The notes below the pieces were generated by a model. It ran no database searches, was not told where the DNA came from, and worked only from the letters and a program-made list of their open reading frames with translations. 64,000 bases of DNA from Candidatus Kapaibacterium sp. (lineage in GTDB: Bacteria > Bacteroidota > Ignavibacteria > Kapaibacteriales > UBA2268). The stretch spans positions 263,750 to 327,749 of the forward strand of contig JAMLHE010000002.1 of NCBI GenBank assembly GCA_023957315.1, read 5' to 3'. Positions 9,394 through 19,362 of this stretch are shown here, piece by piece. Every line of letters starts with the position of its first letter. The stretch's first letter is position 1. Both the position numbers and the translations under genes were made by a program.

Positions 9394-10278
9394 TTATTTC
9401 CGCCGTTTTTCAAAGAAGCCGCCGATTTCGGAAATGAAAAGTCCTGCCATCATGATTGAAGCACCGATATATTCGCGAAGGTTTAAGTATTCCTGCAGTG
9501 TAAGTGCTGCTATGAACCCGGCGATTACGGGTTCGAGTGAGAATATCAATGCCGCTTTGATAGGTGTCGTGTATTTTTGGACGCCGGTATGTATGAAGGT
9601 CACAAAAAATGATGCAAGAATGCCATTGAAAGCGAGTGCGATGAAGAGGTCTTTTGTAGGATTGAAATAAACATCGCCAAAATCAAGTATGAAAAAGGAA
9701 ATTACCGCAAGCGGTGTTGCGGCTACGAATTGCATTACAACGTAAGCAGCCGTAAGATTGAATCCGCGATTGTTCTTGGTATATTTATCCATCAATGTGA
9801 TGTAAAACGCCCAAAAGAATGTGGAGAGCAGCGTGAGGAAATCGCCGAAATTGATGTTGTCTATGCTTGGGTCGGTAAAAATGTACAAGCCGATTGACGA
9901 CACTCCGACACCAATTTTTGACCATAACTGAATTGGTTTTCGTTGTATCAGGTAAAATACGAATGGAGTAATCGGGACAGTCATGCCGGTAATAAATGCG
10001 GATTTGGATACAGTTGTATAGCTCAATCCATATGTTTGGAGCAAAAATCCACCTCCGAAAAGCAAACCGAGAATTGCTCCTCGTTTGAAAATTACGCGGT
10101 CAATTGATTTGAGATGCTTTCCGAAAAATGCTAATGAAAGAAGCAGAGCAATGCAAAATCGCAAAATTACAAATAGTGATGGCGGGCAATCGTCAAGCCC
10201 AACCTTTGTGAAAATAAATGTAGCTCCCCAAATTAAGGTTGCCGAGAATAGCATCAACTCTGCTTTCCAAGATTTCAC
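9394..10278 (-). CDS. EamA/DMT superfamily transporter
   Basis: 10 predicted TM helices, duplicated EamA-like halves. Confidence 0.75.
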   Translation of the reverse strand: MKSWKAELMLFSATLIWGATFIFTKVGLDDCPPSLFVILRFCIALLLSLAFFGKHLKSIDRVIFKRGAILGLLFGGGFLLQTYGLSYTTVSKSAFITGMTVPITPFVFYLIQRKPIQLWSKIGVGVSSIGLYIFTDPSIDNINFGDFLTLLSTFFWAFYITLMDKYTKNNRGFNLTAAYVVMQFVAATPLAVISFFILDFGDVYFNPTKDLFIALAFNGILASFFVTFIHTGVQKYTTPIKAALIFSLEPVIAGFIAALTLQEYLNLREYIGASIMMAGLFISEIGGFFEKRRK

Positions 10279-10323
10279 TAATTGTAGCTTCCGGAAAAAT
10301 TATAAACTACAAAAGTACGCAAT

Positions 10324-11508
10324 TTATCTAACTGAATTAGAATCTTGCGCTTGCCGGTTGAATTCAGGGTCTGAGTCATATTTCGAATCTGCTTCTTCGG
10401 CTTCTTTTGCTTTCTCTGCTTCGCTTTTTAGTTTTGCAGCTTTTTTCTTGCGTCTTACTTCGTTGAAGTCAACAGATTCTGTCAATTTCACTCCTTCTCG
10501 GATATGACCTCTGGCTCGCAAAGTATCTTCGGCAACAATGTATCTGTTTCTGTCAGGTAAAATTCCGCGTGAAGTTTTAGGTATTTGCTGTATCGGAATA
10601 TATGCCTCTTCAAATTCCATCGGGTTTTCGGGCACCTTAATTATAAAATCTTTATTGGATTTGAGTGCGAACCATGGACCGGTTTTCGGACGTGTAAAAT
10701 CGAATACATCAAGTATCAGAACCGGTGTTCCGGTCAAGTGGATGAAATGATTATTCGAATCCAATTTGCCGCGTTGCCCCCAATTGTAGAGCCATTCAGC
10801 ATCGTCAAGAAATTGCCTTACGCATGAATGCGATGCAGCATAGCCCGGCATATCAAATTTATGGAAGGCACTTCCGGCATAACGGTGAAAATTCCATGTG
10901 AATGGCATAATCCAAGTGCTGTCTAAAGATGATTTCCGAACTAATTGTTTCCAAACTAAAGCGTATCTCCCGGGAAAAGTTGGTGTTTTTTCTTTGCCGG
11001 TATTTGCAGCAGCAAACCTCACTTGCACACCATTTTCATAACAAGCATAAGCTTGCCAACGATTAGATACCAGAATTAACTTGGGTATATCGCGAGCTCC
11101 GTGATAATATTGCGGAAAAACCGAATATGCGCACATGTCATCGAAATATTCCTTAGGGACGACAATTGTATCTCCAACTTTCACGAAGCGCCTCTCTTTT
11201 CGATTAAGCGTCAAGAATGCTTTGTTTATAGATGGGTTCTCCTTGTCTAATTTGAACTGTTCACGAATTTCACCCAAATGCTTATTGTCGCGAATCACAA
11301 TATGCTCGTACTCTATAAGCGGGTATATATCGTGTTTAGCGATTAATTCAGCTAATTCGACCGAATCTCTATGAGCTTTGTCTAATTTTTCACTAATTTC
11401 ATCTTCATATTCTTCCGATTCTCCTTTACGGCTTTCGGAACAAGAAGAAAGAATGATAACTATTGTTAAAAGAAGCACAGATTTTATTAAATTCAAACTA
11501 TTTCCCAT
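10324..11508 (-). CDS. L,D-transpeptidase (YkuD) family lipoprotein
   Basis: Lipobox ILSSC; HGARD...SHSCVR matches the L,D-transpeptidase H..SHGC(I/V)R catalytic motif; Lys/Glu-rich C-terminal tail. Confidence 0.6.
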   Translation of the reverse strand: MGNSLNLIKSVLLLTIVIILSSCSESRKGESEEYEDEISEKLDKAHRDSVELAELIAKHDIYPLIEYEHIVIRDNKHLGEIREQFKLDKENPSINKAFLTLNRKERRFVKVGDTIVVPKEYFDDMCAYSVFPQYYHGARDIPKLILVSNRWQAYACYENGVQVRFAAANTGKEKTPTFPGRYALVWKQLVRKSSLDSTWIMPFTWNFHRYAGSAFHKFDMPGYAASHSCVRQFLDDAEWLYNWGQRGKLDSNNHFIHLTGTPVLILDVFDFTRPKTGPWFALKSNKDFIIKVPENPMEFEEAYIPIQQIPKTSRGILPDRNRYIVAEDTLRARGHIREGVKLTESVDFNEVRRKKKAAKLKSEAEKAKEAEEADSKYDSDPEFNRQAQDSNSVR

Positions 11509-11509
11509 T

Positions 11510-12925
11510 TTAAAAGTTAGATGACTCACGCGCACCTATGAATTTTTGATACAAAAGCAATCCTATTATGCAAAATACACCTATTCCGCTGAAAAGCAAC
11601 CACAATTCTGCAGTATGTGCATGTGCTGAAACTTGATCTTTCGTGATTCCTGCACCTTCGGCTATTTCTATTAATTTAGGAATTTTAATATCATCGCTTA
11701 TATTAGCACTAGGCACACTATTACGAACGAATGCAATCATCGGATTGTCAACTAACTTAACGTATAACCATGCACCTAAATAGCCACCGACGAATGAACC
11801 GAAGAATCCATACAAAAATCCAAATCCCATATAAGTAGCTTTTTTATCTTTGGGAGCAATCAGACCCAAATACGATATATATTTAGGATGTGCGGTCATT
11901 TCGCCGATTGAAAACAAGATTATACCGGCTAAGAAGACCCAAATATTATTGCTGAAAGCCAATATTGCCATACCAACAGTTCCCATCGAAATCCCTACAA
12001 TTAAGGTGGGAAGAGCCTTTGTATTTTTAACTATTGATGAAACTAACAGTTGCAACACGATAATCGTAAAAGCATTCACAACGGTAACGTGCTCTACATC
12101 AAATTTCCAATCCAATCCCGTAACGGAATGTACGAAGTTATTCAGAGCCGTAGCGTCAACAAATTGTTGGACGTACCACAAGACTGAATCAAACATTTGG
12201 AAGTATAAAATCCAAAACCATGAGTAGATAAAGATGAAAAGCATAAAGCGCCAGTCCATGAAAACTAAGCCGATTTTCTTTCCAATATCGCCGAAAATTG
12301 CAAATATGGAATTATCCGAATCGTCAATTTTTTCTCTTTCGGGCTCTTTATACAAGAACAATGTTGGTATAAGCATTAATGAAGTTACAATTGCTGCCAT
12401 AATCAACACATAAGACCAATCCATTGATTTGAGCCAGGGTACAACTACTAATGGAAAAATAAAAGCACCAAGATTGATTGACCAATAAAAAATGCCAAAT
12501 CCAAGGGCGCTATTGCCTTCGTCTGTGACTTTTGCAATTGTACCCGAAATAATCGGTTTAAAAGTACCGGCGCCGAAAGCCATTATGATTAAAAATACAA
12601 ATACTGCAAGATAATCAGTTACCTGTGCAGTGAGATAATATCCGATACCAAGCAGTGTGAATGCCACCATCAAAGTTTTACGATAGCCCAATCTGTCGGC
12701 GATTGCACCCGATAAAATCGGCAAGAAGTAAAGCAAGGGTTGAATTGTACTTTTAATCGTTCCAACTTCGGTTTTGGAGAAACCGAGCATATCAGTCAAA
12801 TATACTGATAAAATACTCATAACGCCGTAATAGGCGCCTCGCTCGAAAAATTCAAATACTATAACTACCCAATACGTGGGGGGGAAATCCCGAAATGAAG
12901 TCTTCTTTTTTAATTCTGAATTCAT
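11510..12925 (-). CDS. POT/PTR2 family proton-dependent di/tripeptide transporter (MFS)
   Basis: FEFFERGAYYGVMSILSVYLT (ExxERFxYYG POT signature), ~12-14 TM. Confidence 0.8.
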   Translation of the reverse strand: MNSELKKKTSFRDFPPTYWVVIVFEFFERGAYYGVMSILSVYLTDMLGFSKTEVGTIKSTIQPLLYFLPILSGAIADRLGYRKTLMVAFTLLGIGYYLTAQVTDYLAVFVFLIIMAFGAGTFKPIISGTIAKVTDEGNSALGFGIFYWSINLGAFIFPLVVVPWLKSMDWSYVLIMAAIVTSLMLIPTLFLYKEPEREKIDDSDNSIFAIFGDIGKKIGLVFMDWRFMLFIFIYSWFWILYFQMFDSVLWYVQQFVDATALNNFVHSVTGLDWKFDVEHVTVVNAFTIIVLQLLVSSIVKNTKALPTLIVGISMGTVGMAILAFSNNIWVFLAGIILFSIGEMTAHPKYISYLGLIAPKDKKATYMGFGFLYGFFGSFVGGYLGAWLYVKLVDNPMIAFVRNSVPSANISDDIKIPKLIEIAEGAGITKDQVSAHAHTAELWLLFSGIGVFCIIGLLLYQKFIGARESSNF

Positions 12926-13019
12926 AATTTTACTAATTTTTATAATAAAAAGCCGATTCCAAAATTTTCGGCTTACTAAATTAATAAAAAGTGTGAAATC
13001 AAGAATTAATTTTTTTTGA

Positions 13020-13997
13020 TTATTTTATATTATCCGATAAATTTAAAGTTTTTGAATTTCGTATCAAACCGAGCAGTTTTAACCTTTTGATTGGCGATTT
13101 CCGAAATCTCTCGCTAAATTGGACTTGGGTCATCTGTACAACTTCGTCATGATGCAATACTGTACTGCCTCCGCGTGGCAAAAAGGATGCGAAGTCTGTT
13201 ATTTTGGGCTTGTTTTTATTCCAAGGGCAAACTTCTTGGCAAATATCACAACCGAAAATCCAGCCCTCCATTTTTTCGGAAATCTCGGTCGGAATATCTA
13301 TATGATGCTTTGCTTCGATTGTCCAATACGACAAGCATTTTCGCGAATCAATGACTGCGTCCGCAACAATTGCATCTGTCGGGCAGGCTTTTATACATTT
13401 GACACATGTTCCGCATTTGTCCGCAATTGCAGTATCCGGCTCGAATTCGACTGTAGAAATGATTACACACAGAAAAAAGTATGAGCCGTAATCCGGCGAT
13501 AGCACAAGGCTGTTTTTGCCTTGCCATCCGATTCCTGCTCTTGCAGCCCACTGTTTTTCGAGTATTGGACCGGTATCTATGTAGCAAAGATTCTTTGAAT
13601 CGGGGAAATCTTGGCTTATGACCGATTCGATTTGTTTAATTTTCGGCATCAAAACATCGTGGTAATCATCGCCCCAAGCATATCTTGAAATTTTTCCTGC
13701 TTTACCGGCTTCGATTTCGGATTGCGGATAATCAACACCTGTGAAGTAAGAATGGCTCAATACTATTACAGATTTTGCATTTTCGAGCACAAGCCCAATG
13801 TTGCGTCTCTTGTCTTGGTTTCGTTCGAGCCACTGCATATCTGCGTGCATACCGTCTTCTAACCATTTTTGCATATTAGCCGATTCGGCGAGTAATTCTG
13901 TAGCTTGTGCGATTTTCAAATCCAAAAAACCAAGCTCTGAAGCGTGAAACTTTATCTTGTTTTTGAGGATTGTTTCGAACGACATTATCGTCTCCAA
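13020..13997 (-). CDS. queG: tRNA epoxyqueuosine reductase QueG
   Basis: Two 4Fe-4S motifs CGTCVKCIKACP and CDICQEVCPWNK; conserved QueG core. Confidence 0.75.
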   Translation of the reverse strand: METIMSFETILKNKIKFHASELGFLDLKIAQATELLAESANMQKWLEDGMHADMQWLERNQDKRRNIGLVLENAKSVIVLSHSYFTGVDYPQSEIEAGKAGKISRYAWGDDYHDVLMPKIKQIESVISQDFPDSKNLCYIDTGPILEKQWAARAGIGWQGKNSLVLSPDYGSYFFLCVIISTVEFEPDTAIADKCGTCVKCIKACPTDAIVADAVIDSRKCLSYWTIEAKHHIDIPTEISEKMEGWIFGCDICQEVCPWNKNKPKITDFASFLPRGGSTVLHHDEVVQMTQVQFSERFRKSPIKRLKLLGLIRNSKTLNLSDNIK

Positions 13998-14383
13998 AGT
14001 GGGATTTGGAAACTTGGCTTTTGGACATAAATCATATCGTCAATAATTTCCACTTTATAAGTGTTCAAATTCTTGATTCCTTGCCGTATATCAACGTTTT
14101 TCCCTGTATCAAGCGAATATGTCCATCCATGCAAAGGACACATCACGGTCAAATCTTTGATGATTCCCTCGTGAATACGGTCTGCATGGCGATGAGGGCA
14201 AATATTATCAACGCAATAGTAAATTCCGTCAATTTTAAACAGTGCAAGTTGGAAATCATCGTCGCCCGTAAATTGGATTTTTCTGCCCTTGTTGTCGATG
14301 ATTTCATCAACGCGGCAAATCTCAACGAAGCTTTCGCCACCGATGTTAACAGTTTTGGGGTGATTTAGTTCGATATCCATCAA
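13985..14383 (-). CDS. Rieske [2Fe-2S] domain protein
   Basis: CPHRH...CPLHGW Rieske ligands; overlaps queG start by 13 bp and the MBL gene by 4 bp. Confidence 0.8.
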   Translation of the reverse strand: MMDIELNHPKTVNIGGESFVEICRVDEIIDNKGRKIQFTGDDDFQLALFKIDGIYYCVDNICPHRHADRIHEGIIKDLTVMCPLHGWTYSLDTGKNVDIRQGIKNLNTYKVEIIDDMIYVQKPSFQIPLWRR

Positions 14384-15231
14384 AATCCTTGCACTTTTTC
14401 TCTGACAACGAATCCTTTGGGTCCGTTTTCGATTCTGACCGCTTGAGTGAATGCGTCATGCTCGAAAAAAATAATCCAATTTTCCTCAGCCGCTTGAGTG
14501 AAGTATTTCTTCTTTTCCTCGATTGTCGTAAGCGGGAAATTATCGTAGCCCATTCCGTATGCAATTCCCAAATGAGCCGTTGTAGGAGCTAAGTCGGCAC
14601 AATAGAGCAAGGTCTCGCCCCCATCGGTAATCTTTATCATTTGCATAAAACTTGTATGCCCATGAATTGGTATTACGCTGATACCGGGGAAAATTTCTCC
14701 TTCACCGTCAGTAAATTCCAAGACATTTTCATTTATTAAGGGTTGGTAATTTTCTGGCATGAACGAAGCTCTATCTTTAACCGAAGGTGATTTTGCCCAT
14801 TCGAGATGCTTTTTCTGAACATAATATTTGGCATTGCCGAATACTGGTTGAGCCTCACCATTTACCATTTCAGTCGAACCACCGCAATGGTCGAAGTGCA
14901 AATGAGTCAGAATTACATCGGTGATTTCTTCGGCTTTAATGCCTGTGGATTGGGTCAGTGTGTTGCGAATCTCGGATTTTTCAAGGTCAATGTTGTACAT
15001 CGAAACGAACTTATCGTCATATTTTGTTCCGTTGCCGTTGTCAACTAATATTTTTTTATCGTCAAAAGTGATGACTAAAGGGCGCGATGCGAGTGGAATG
15101 CGGTTGAACTCGTCGCCCTGATTGTATTTCTTAGACCAAAGATTTTTTGGTATCACTCCGAACATAGCCCCGCCATCTAATGCAAACAAGCCAGTATCAA
15201 GTGACTTTAATTCAAATTTGCCTATTTTCAA
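14380..15231 (-). CDS. MBL-fold metallo-hydrolase
   Basis: THLHFDHCGG metallo-beta-lactamase motif. Confidence 0.8.
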   Translation of the reverse strand: MKIGKFELKSLDTGLFALDGGAMFGVIPKNLWSKKYNQGDEFNRIPLASRPLVITFDDKKILVDNGNGTKYDDKFVSMYNIDLEKSEIRNTLTQSTGIKAEEITDVILTHLHFDHCGGSTEMVNGEAQPVFGNAKYYVQKKHLEWAKSPSVKDRASFMPENYQPLINENVLEFTDGEGEIFPGISVIPIHGHTSFMQMIKITDGGETLLYCADLAPTTAHLGIAYGMGYDNFPLTTIEEKKKYFTQAAEENWIIFFEHDAFTQAVRIENGPKGFVVREKVQGF

Positions 15232-15295
15232 TTTCGTTCTCGATTGGTTAACAAATATGTATAGTACAACGAAACAATCTCGAATTTATCATATA

Positions 15296-15331
15296 AAAGA
15301 AAAACCGTACAGCATTTTCATACTGTACGGT
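15296..15331 (-). terminator. rho-independent terminator (minus strand) downstream of repeat array
   Basis: Hairpin accgtacag-cattttcata-ctgtacggt followed by U-tract on the minus strand. Confidence 0.55.
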
Positions 15332-15398
15332 TAACCTATTAAAACCTATTTTAAATCAATCTTTGAGATTTCAATTCAACTATTACAAGAAATAAAAA

Positions 15399-15609
15399 AC
15401 CGCATAGTATTCTGTAATAGAGAAAAAAAGCAAATACGTAAAACAAAATCCAAAAAAATGAAACATAAATATAGAAAAATGAAACATAAATCTAAAAACA
15501 TGAGACATGATTCAAAAGTACATAAACAAGATTCTAATATATGTGAAACATAAATCCAAAAAACGTAAAACATAAATCCAAAAAGTCTGAACCCAAAATA
15601 CTATGCGGC
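15399..15609. repeat. array of ~7 degenerate ~21-bp direct repeats (core GAAACATAAATCCAAAAA) bracketed by a 12-bp perfect inverted repeat
   Basis: Units cgtaaaacaaaatccaaaaaaa / tgaaacataaatatagaaaaa / tgaaacataaatctaaaaaca / tgagacatgattcaaaag / ... / tgtgaaacataaatccaaaaaac / gtaaaacataaatccaaaaag; flanks ccgcatagtatt (15402-15413) and aatactatgcgg (15596-15607). Confidence 0.7.
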
Positions 15610-15614
15610 GATTT

Positions 15615-16586
15615 TTAATTAGCTACTATAAGTCTAGTGCTGAAAGCCCTCGAATCCATAATCATTTGCAACACATAAACGCCGTTACTTAAACTCGATA
15701 CGTTAAAACTCACTTGTTTTGAGCCCGGAGCTGAATACTCATTTACTATTACAGCCTCCTCATAACCAACACATGAATAAACACGAATAACGATTTGAGA
15801 TATTGTTTCAACTTCATAAAAAATATTTGCAACCGAAGAAACAGGATTAGGGCTGACTCTCAGGTAAACCTTCTCTGTATCGTTTTCGATTTGCGAAAAT
15901 TTTTCGACCATCGCCAATTGCTCTGACGAGAATTGTGATTTGATTGCATCTTCAATCATCTCTCTGCAAAGTTTGAATTCACCTTTTGTGGCTACTAAAG
16001 CCTTATCGAAAGCAGTGCAATACAAATGTTTGAAGTCTTGGTCGTTGAGATTGAAAGCAAAGATATTATAAACACCAAATTTGCTTTCGTCGAATCCGTT
16101 TTTCATGAAGGATGCAAAGTCAATGTTCGCAAGATTGAATTCCGTTTTTGACTTCTCGAGCAGCTTTTCAAATTCATCAATGCTTTTGGTCTTGTAAAAA
16201 TCGGTAAAGTCAATTCGCGAAAAGTCAAAATGAACCCCGCTCTGCTGCGAATTCATTTCATAGAACTTATTATAAACGTCTTCGAGAAAAGTGTAGTCTT
16301 TGTCGTATAGCAGCTCGAATTCTATCTCTTCAAGTGTAATTGAAATTCCTTTATTGTTCGGGACGTAGTAGTCAAATTCGTAATGTTCGGTGTATAATTG
16401 TAGGAAATTTTGTTGGGACAAGTCAAAATCGAAAGTGATGAAACCAACGTTCAAATCAGTATTCATCTCATTCTGTGAAGAATTTAAGTTGATTTGTGGT
16501 CGCTCTTGGCTGTTTAGTGTCAATGTCAGAACTAAGCTAAGTGCTATTGCGATTATAGCTTTGGGTGCATACATAGAGATTTTCAT
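15615..16586 (-). CDS. secreted hypothetical protein with T9SS C-terminal sorting domain
   Basis: Signal peptide; C-terminus ...VYSCVGYEEAVIVNEYSAPGSKQVSFNVSSLSNGVYVLQMIMDSRAFSTRLIVAN matches T9SS type-A CTD pattern. Confidence 0.65.
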   Translation of the reverse strand: MKISMYAPKAIIAIALSLVLTLTLNSQERPQINLNSSQNEMNTDLNVGFITFDFDLSQQNFLQLYTEHYEFDYYVPNNKGISITLEEIEFELLYDKDYTFLEDVYNKFYEMNSQQSGVHFDFSRIDFTDFYKTKSIDEFEKLLEKSKTEFNLANIDFASFMKNGFDESKFGVYNIFAFNLNDQDFKHLYCTAFDKALVATKGEFKLCREMIEDAIKSQFSSEQLAMVEKFSQIENDTEKVYLRVSPNPVSSVANIFYEVETISQIVIRVYSCVGYEEAVIVNEYSAPGSKQVSFNVSSLSNGVYVLQMIMDSRAFSTRLIVAN

Positions 16587-16814
16587 TTCTGTTCCTCCAC
16601 TTATTGAGCTTTTGTTTTCTGCTAAAAGTAATATACAAAATTATTATATACTATCCAAATTATTTTTTCAAATTTACTCAATAAAAATATTTTTTTTATA
16701 TTTAGTCTAATAACAATTGGTTATTAAGCTACTATGTATTAGTTTTGTAGATTGAATTAAAATGCTTTTGTTAGAAAGATTATAAAATTATTATAAAATG
16801 GAGATAACGAACTG

Positions 16815-19013
16815 ATGGGAACGTTACAAAACATAAGAAGAATGTCGCCGTATGTATTTGGAGTTTTTGCGGTTTTACTGGTTGCCTTTTTTACTATCGG
16901 TGACCCTACAGTAATTGAAGGTGTCAGAGGTACAACCGGTGATCCGACAACTCAAGTAATTGCAACAGTAAACGGGACACCAATTTATTACCTTGAGTAT
17001 GAACAGAGAATCAAAGACGAGGAAGAAAATGCAAAGCGTGAAGCCGAAAAATCAGGTCAAACGTCAGATGCAAATGCTATCCGCCAACGTGTTTGGCAAG
17101 CTTTGGTTGATGAAGCTCTACTCGAACAACAAATCAAGAATTTCGGTATAATGATTACCGATAATCAAATAAGAGAGCAATTGATAGACAATCCGCCCGA
17201 TTTCCTAAAGCAAATGTTTTCGGATAGTGCCGGCAACTTCATGCGTGCTACATATCTTGAACTGGTTACCAAACCTGAAAATTATGTTAATTATATGGGT
17301 GGCGACCCAACTCAAATTCCGGTTGCTGAAAAAGAATTAGCAGTAAGCAATTTCCGTAAAGATTTGTTCCGTATCCAAAAATACGTTGAGCAAGTTTTGA
17401 AACAAGAAGAATTGACGGCTGCAGTAGCAACAAGTAGTTCAATTATTTCTTCGGAATATGCACGTATGAAATTCGTCCAAGAAAACAGTACTGCAGATGT
17501 GAGATTTTTTCCATTGACAATCAGAGATTTGCCCCAACAAGCTATGGAAGCCAAAAAAGAGGAAATCGAAGAGTATTATAACAAGAACAAAAAATTATAC
17601 AAACAGAAACCACAACGCAAAATTAAATATATTGTGATGCCTTTAGTACCTTCGACTGAGGATTCGGCTCGTTCGGAACGCAGAGCTAAAAACGTATCTG
17701 ATGAATTGATGGCAGCCGGAACTGATGCCGCAAAAGATAGCATATTCGATATTAAATTGAGCGAGTATAATGGTACGACTCACAACTATTTGATGGTCGA
17801 AGAAATTGACCCGCAAGTTTATGGCATATTGAGCATACTCAAACCCGGTCAAGTAGCCGGTCCGATTAATCGCCCCGATGGAACTTACTTCTTAAGAGTA
17901 GATGATGTCCGAAGTGGCGAAAACGAAGTGGTCAAAGCAAGTCATATTCTGATAAATTTTGACAATAACAAAGATAGTGCAAGAGCTGAAGCTAATCGCA
18001 TATTGCGTGATGCGAGAAGCAATCCTAATAATTTTGCTATTCTTGCAATGCAATATTCAAAAGACCCGGGCTCCGGACAACGTGGCGGCGACCTTGGATT
18101 TTTCGGCAAAGGACGCATGGTGCCTGAGTTCGAAGCTGCTGCATTTGCTGCTAAAGTCGGAGATATTGTCGGTCCGGTCGAATCTCAGTTCGGATTTCAT
18201 ATAATCAAAGTTGACGATAAACGCTCAGAAGAACTCAAATATAGCGAGTTGAGATTGTCGCCAACATTGAGTACAGCCACGAAATCTCAGTTATTCCGTG
18301 ACGCTCATTCAATCAAGAGCCAAGTTCAAGACGGTCTCTCCTTCGATACAGTAGCAGTAAGATTGGGATTGGAAGTGAAAGAAAGCCAATATTTTGAAGC
18401 CAACATTCCTGTGTTAGGCTCAAAACGCTTATCCGATATTTCTTTCTCTGAAGAGGTTGGCTTTGTAATCGAACCTGTCGAAATGGAAAGATACGGTGTT
18501 GTTTTGGCGCAAGTTGCTGATGCTAAGGAAATTGGCATCAAAGCTTTGGATGATGTCCGCGAAGAAATTTCACGCAAGATTATCAAAAAGAAACAATTAG
18601 ACATGCTTGCCGAACAAATTGCTCCATATTTTGATAGAATTAAAGCACTCGGCGGGCTTCAAGCTGCTGCTGAACAAGATACAGAATTAGCCGGTAAAAT
18701 TCAAACTTTGAGTGCTTTCAATAACACTCCTACTGTTCCCGGATTTGGTCAAGATGCGGCTTTTGCTGCAACAGTCTTTAATTCCGAAACTAACAAACTG
18801 ATTGGTCCTTTCCGCGGCGAAAACGGCTATTATATTATATCAGTCGAAAATGTCACCAAGCCAACAGACGAAGAAATCACAGCGGCAATGAAAGAATACA
18901 AAGCTGAATTGCAAGTTGCCACAAAGGGTGCTGTATTTTTCCAATGGTTCCAAAAAGTGAAAGAAGACGCTAAAATTGTTGACAGTCGTAGCAAATTCTA
19001 TCCCGAATATTAA
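16815..19013 (+). CDS. periplasmic chaperone/peptidyl-prolyl isomerase PpiD/SurA family (parvulin domain)
   Basis: N-terminal TM anchor; PpiC/parvulin rotamase domain (ASHILINF...GGDLGFFGKGRMVPEFE...GFHIIKV). Confidence 0.75.
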   Translation: MGTLQNIRRMSPYVFGVFAVLLVAFFTIGDPTVIEGVRGTTGDPTTQVIATVNGTPIYYLEYEQRIKDEEENAKREAEKSGQTSDANAIRQRVWQALVDEALLEQQIKNFGIMITDNQIREQLIDNPPDFLKQMFSDSAGNFMRATYLELVTKPENYVNYMGGDPTQIPVAEKELAVSNFRKDLFRIQKYVEQVLKQEELTAAVATSSSIISSEYARMKFVQENSTADVRFFPLTIRDLPQQAMEAKKEEIEEYYNKNKKLYKQKPQRKIKYIVMPLVPSTEDSARSERRAKNVSDELMAAGTDAAKDSIFDIKLSEYNGTTHNYLMVEEIDPQVYGILSILKPGQVAGPINRPDGTYFLRVDDVRSGENEVVKASHILINFDNNKDSARAEANRILRDARSNPNNFAILAMQYSKDPGSGQRGGDLGFFGKGRMVPEFEAAAFAAKVGDIVGPVESQFGFHIIKVDDKRSEELKYSELRLSPTLSTATKSQLFRDAHSIKSQVQDGLSFDTVAVRLGLEVKESQYFEANIPVLGSKRLSDISFSEEVGFVIEPVEMERYGVVLAQVADAKEIGIKALDDVREEISRKIIKKKQLDMLAEQIAPYFDRIKALGGLQAAAEQDTELAGKIQTLSAFNNTPTVPGFGQDAAFAATVFNSETNKLIGPFRGENGYYIISVENVTKPTDEEITAAMKEYKAELQVATKGAVFFQWFQKVKEDAKIVDSRSKFYPEY

Positions 19014-19043
19014 GATTTGGACAGCATTTCAATATACAAAAAC

Positions 19044-19074
19044 GGGGTTGATGCAAATCAACCCCTTTTTTTTT
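19044..19074 (+). terminator. rho-independent terminator after ppiD-like gene
   Basis: ggggttgat-gcaa-atcaacccc hairpin followed by T9. Confidence 0.75.
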
Positions 19075-19155
19075 GTCAACTTATTTCAGGACAAGACATG
19101 GGGCTTCTTCGCGTTTTTTGCGTTTTCTTTTGTATGCTTCATTCTGCTCTCATTA

Positions 19156-19362
19156 TCAATTATCACTTAATTTTATCAATTTAATATCTCTTGGGACACC
19201 TAATTCCCTGCATTTGATAGCAAATTCTTCAAGATTCATTGGACCATGTACTTTATCAGTATGTATTTCCACAATCCAGTAATAGTAAAGTTTGCTTTGT
19301 CTTACTAAAGTTTTTTTAACATCAAATTTTAAAGGTTGATCTTCCCCCAGTTTTGTGTACAC
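19156..19362 (-). pseudogene. possible 3' remnant of IS-interrupted gene (GTG-initiated 68-aa ORF)
   Basis: Begins inside the IS terminal repeat; no independent start signal. Confidence 0.3.

Noticed and set aside
15444-15591. Possible CRISPR array
   Set aside because: Units are ~21 bp, degenerate and directly abutting with no unique spacers. No cas genes in the window.
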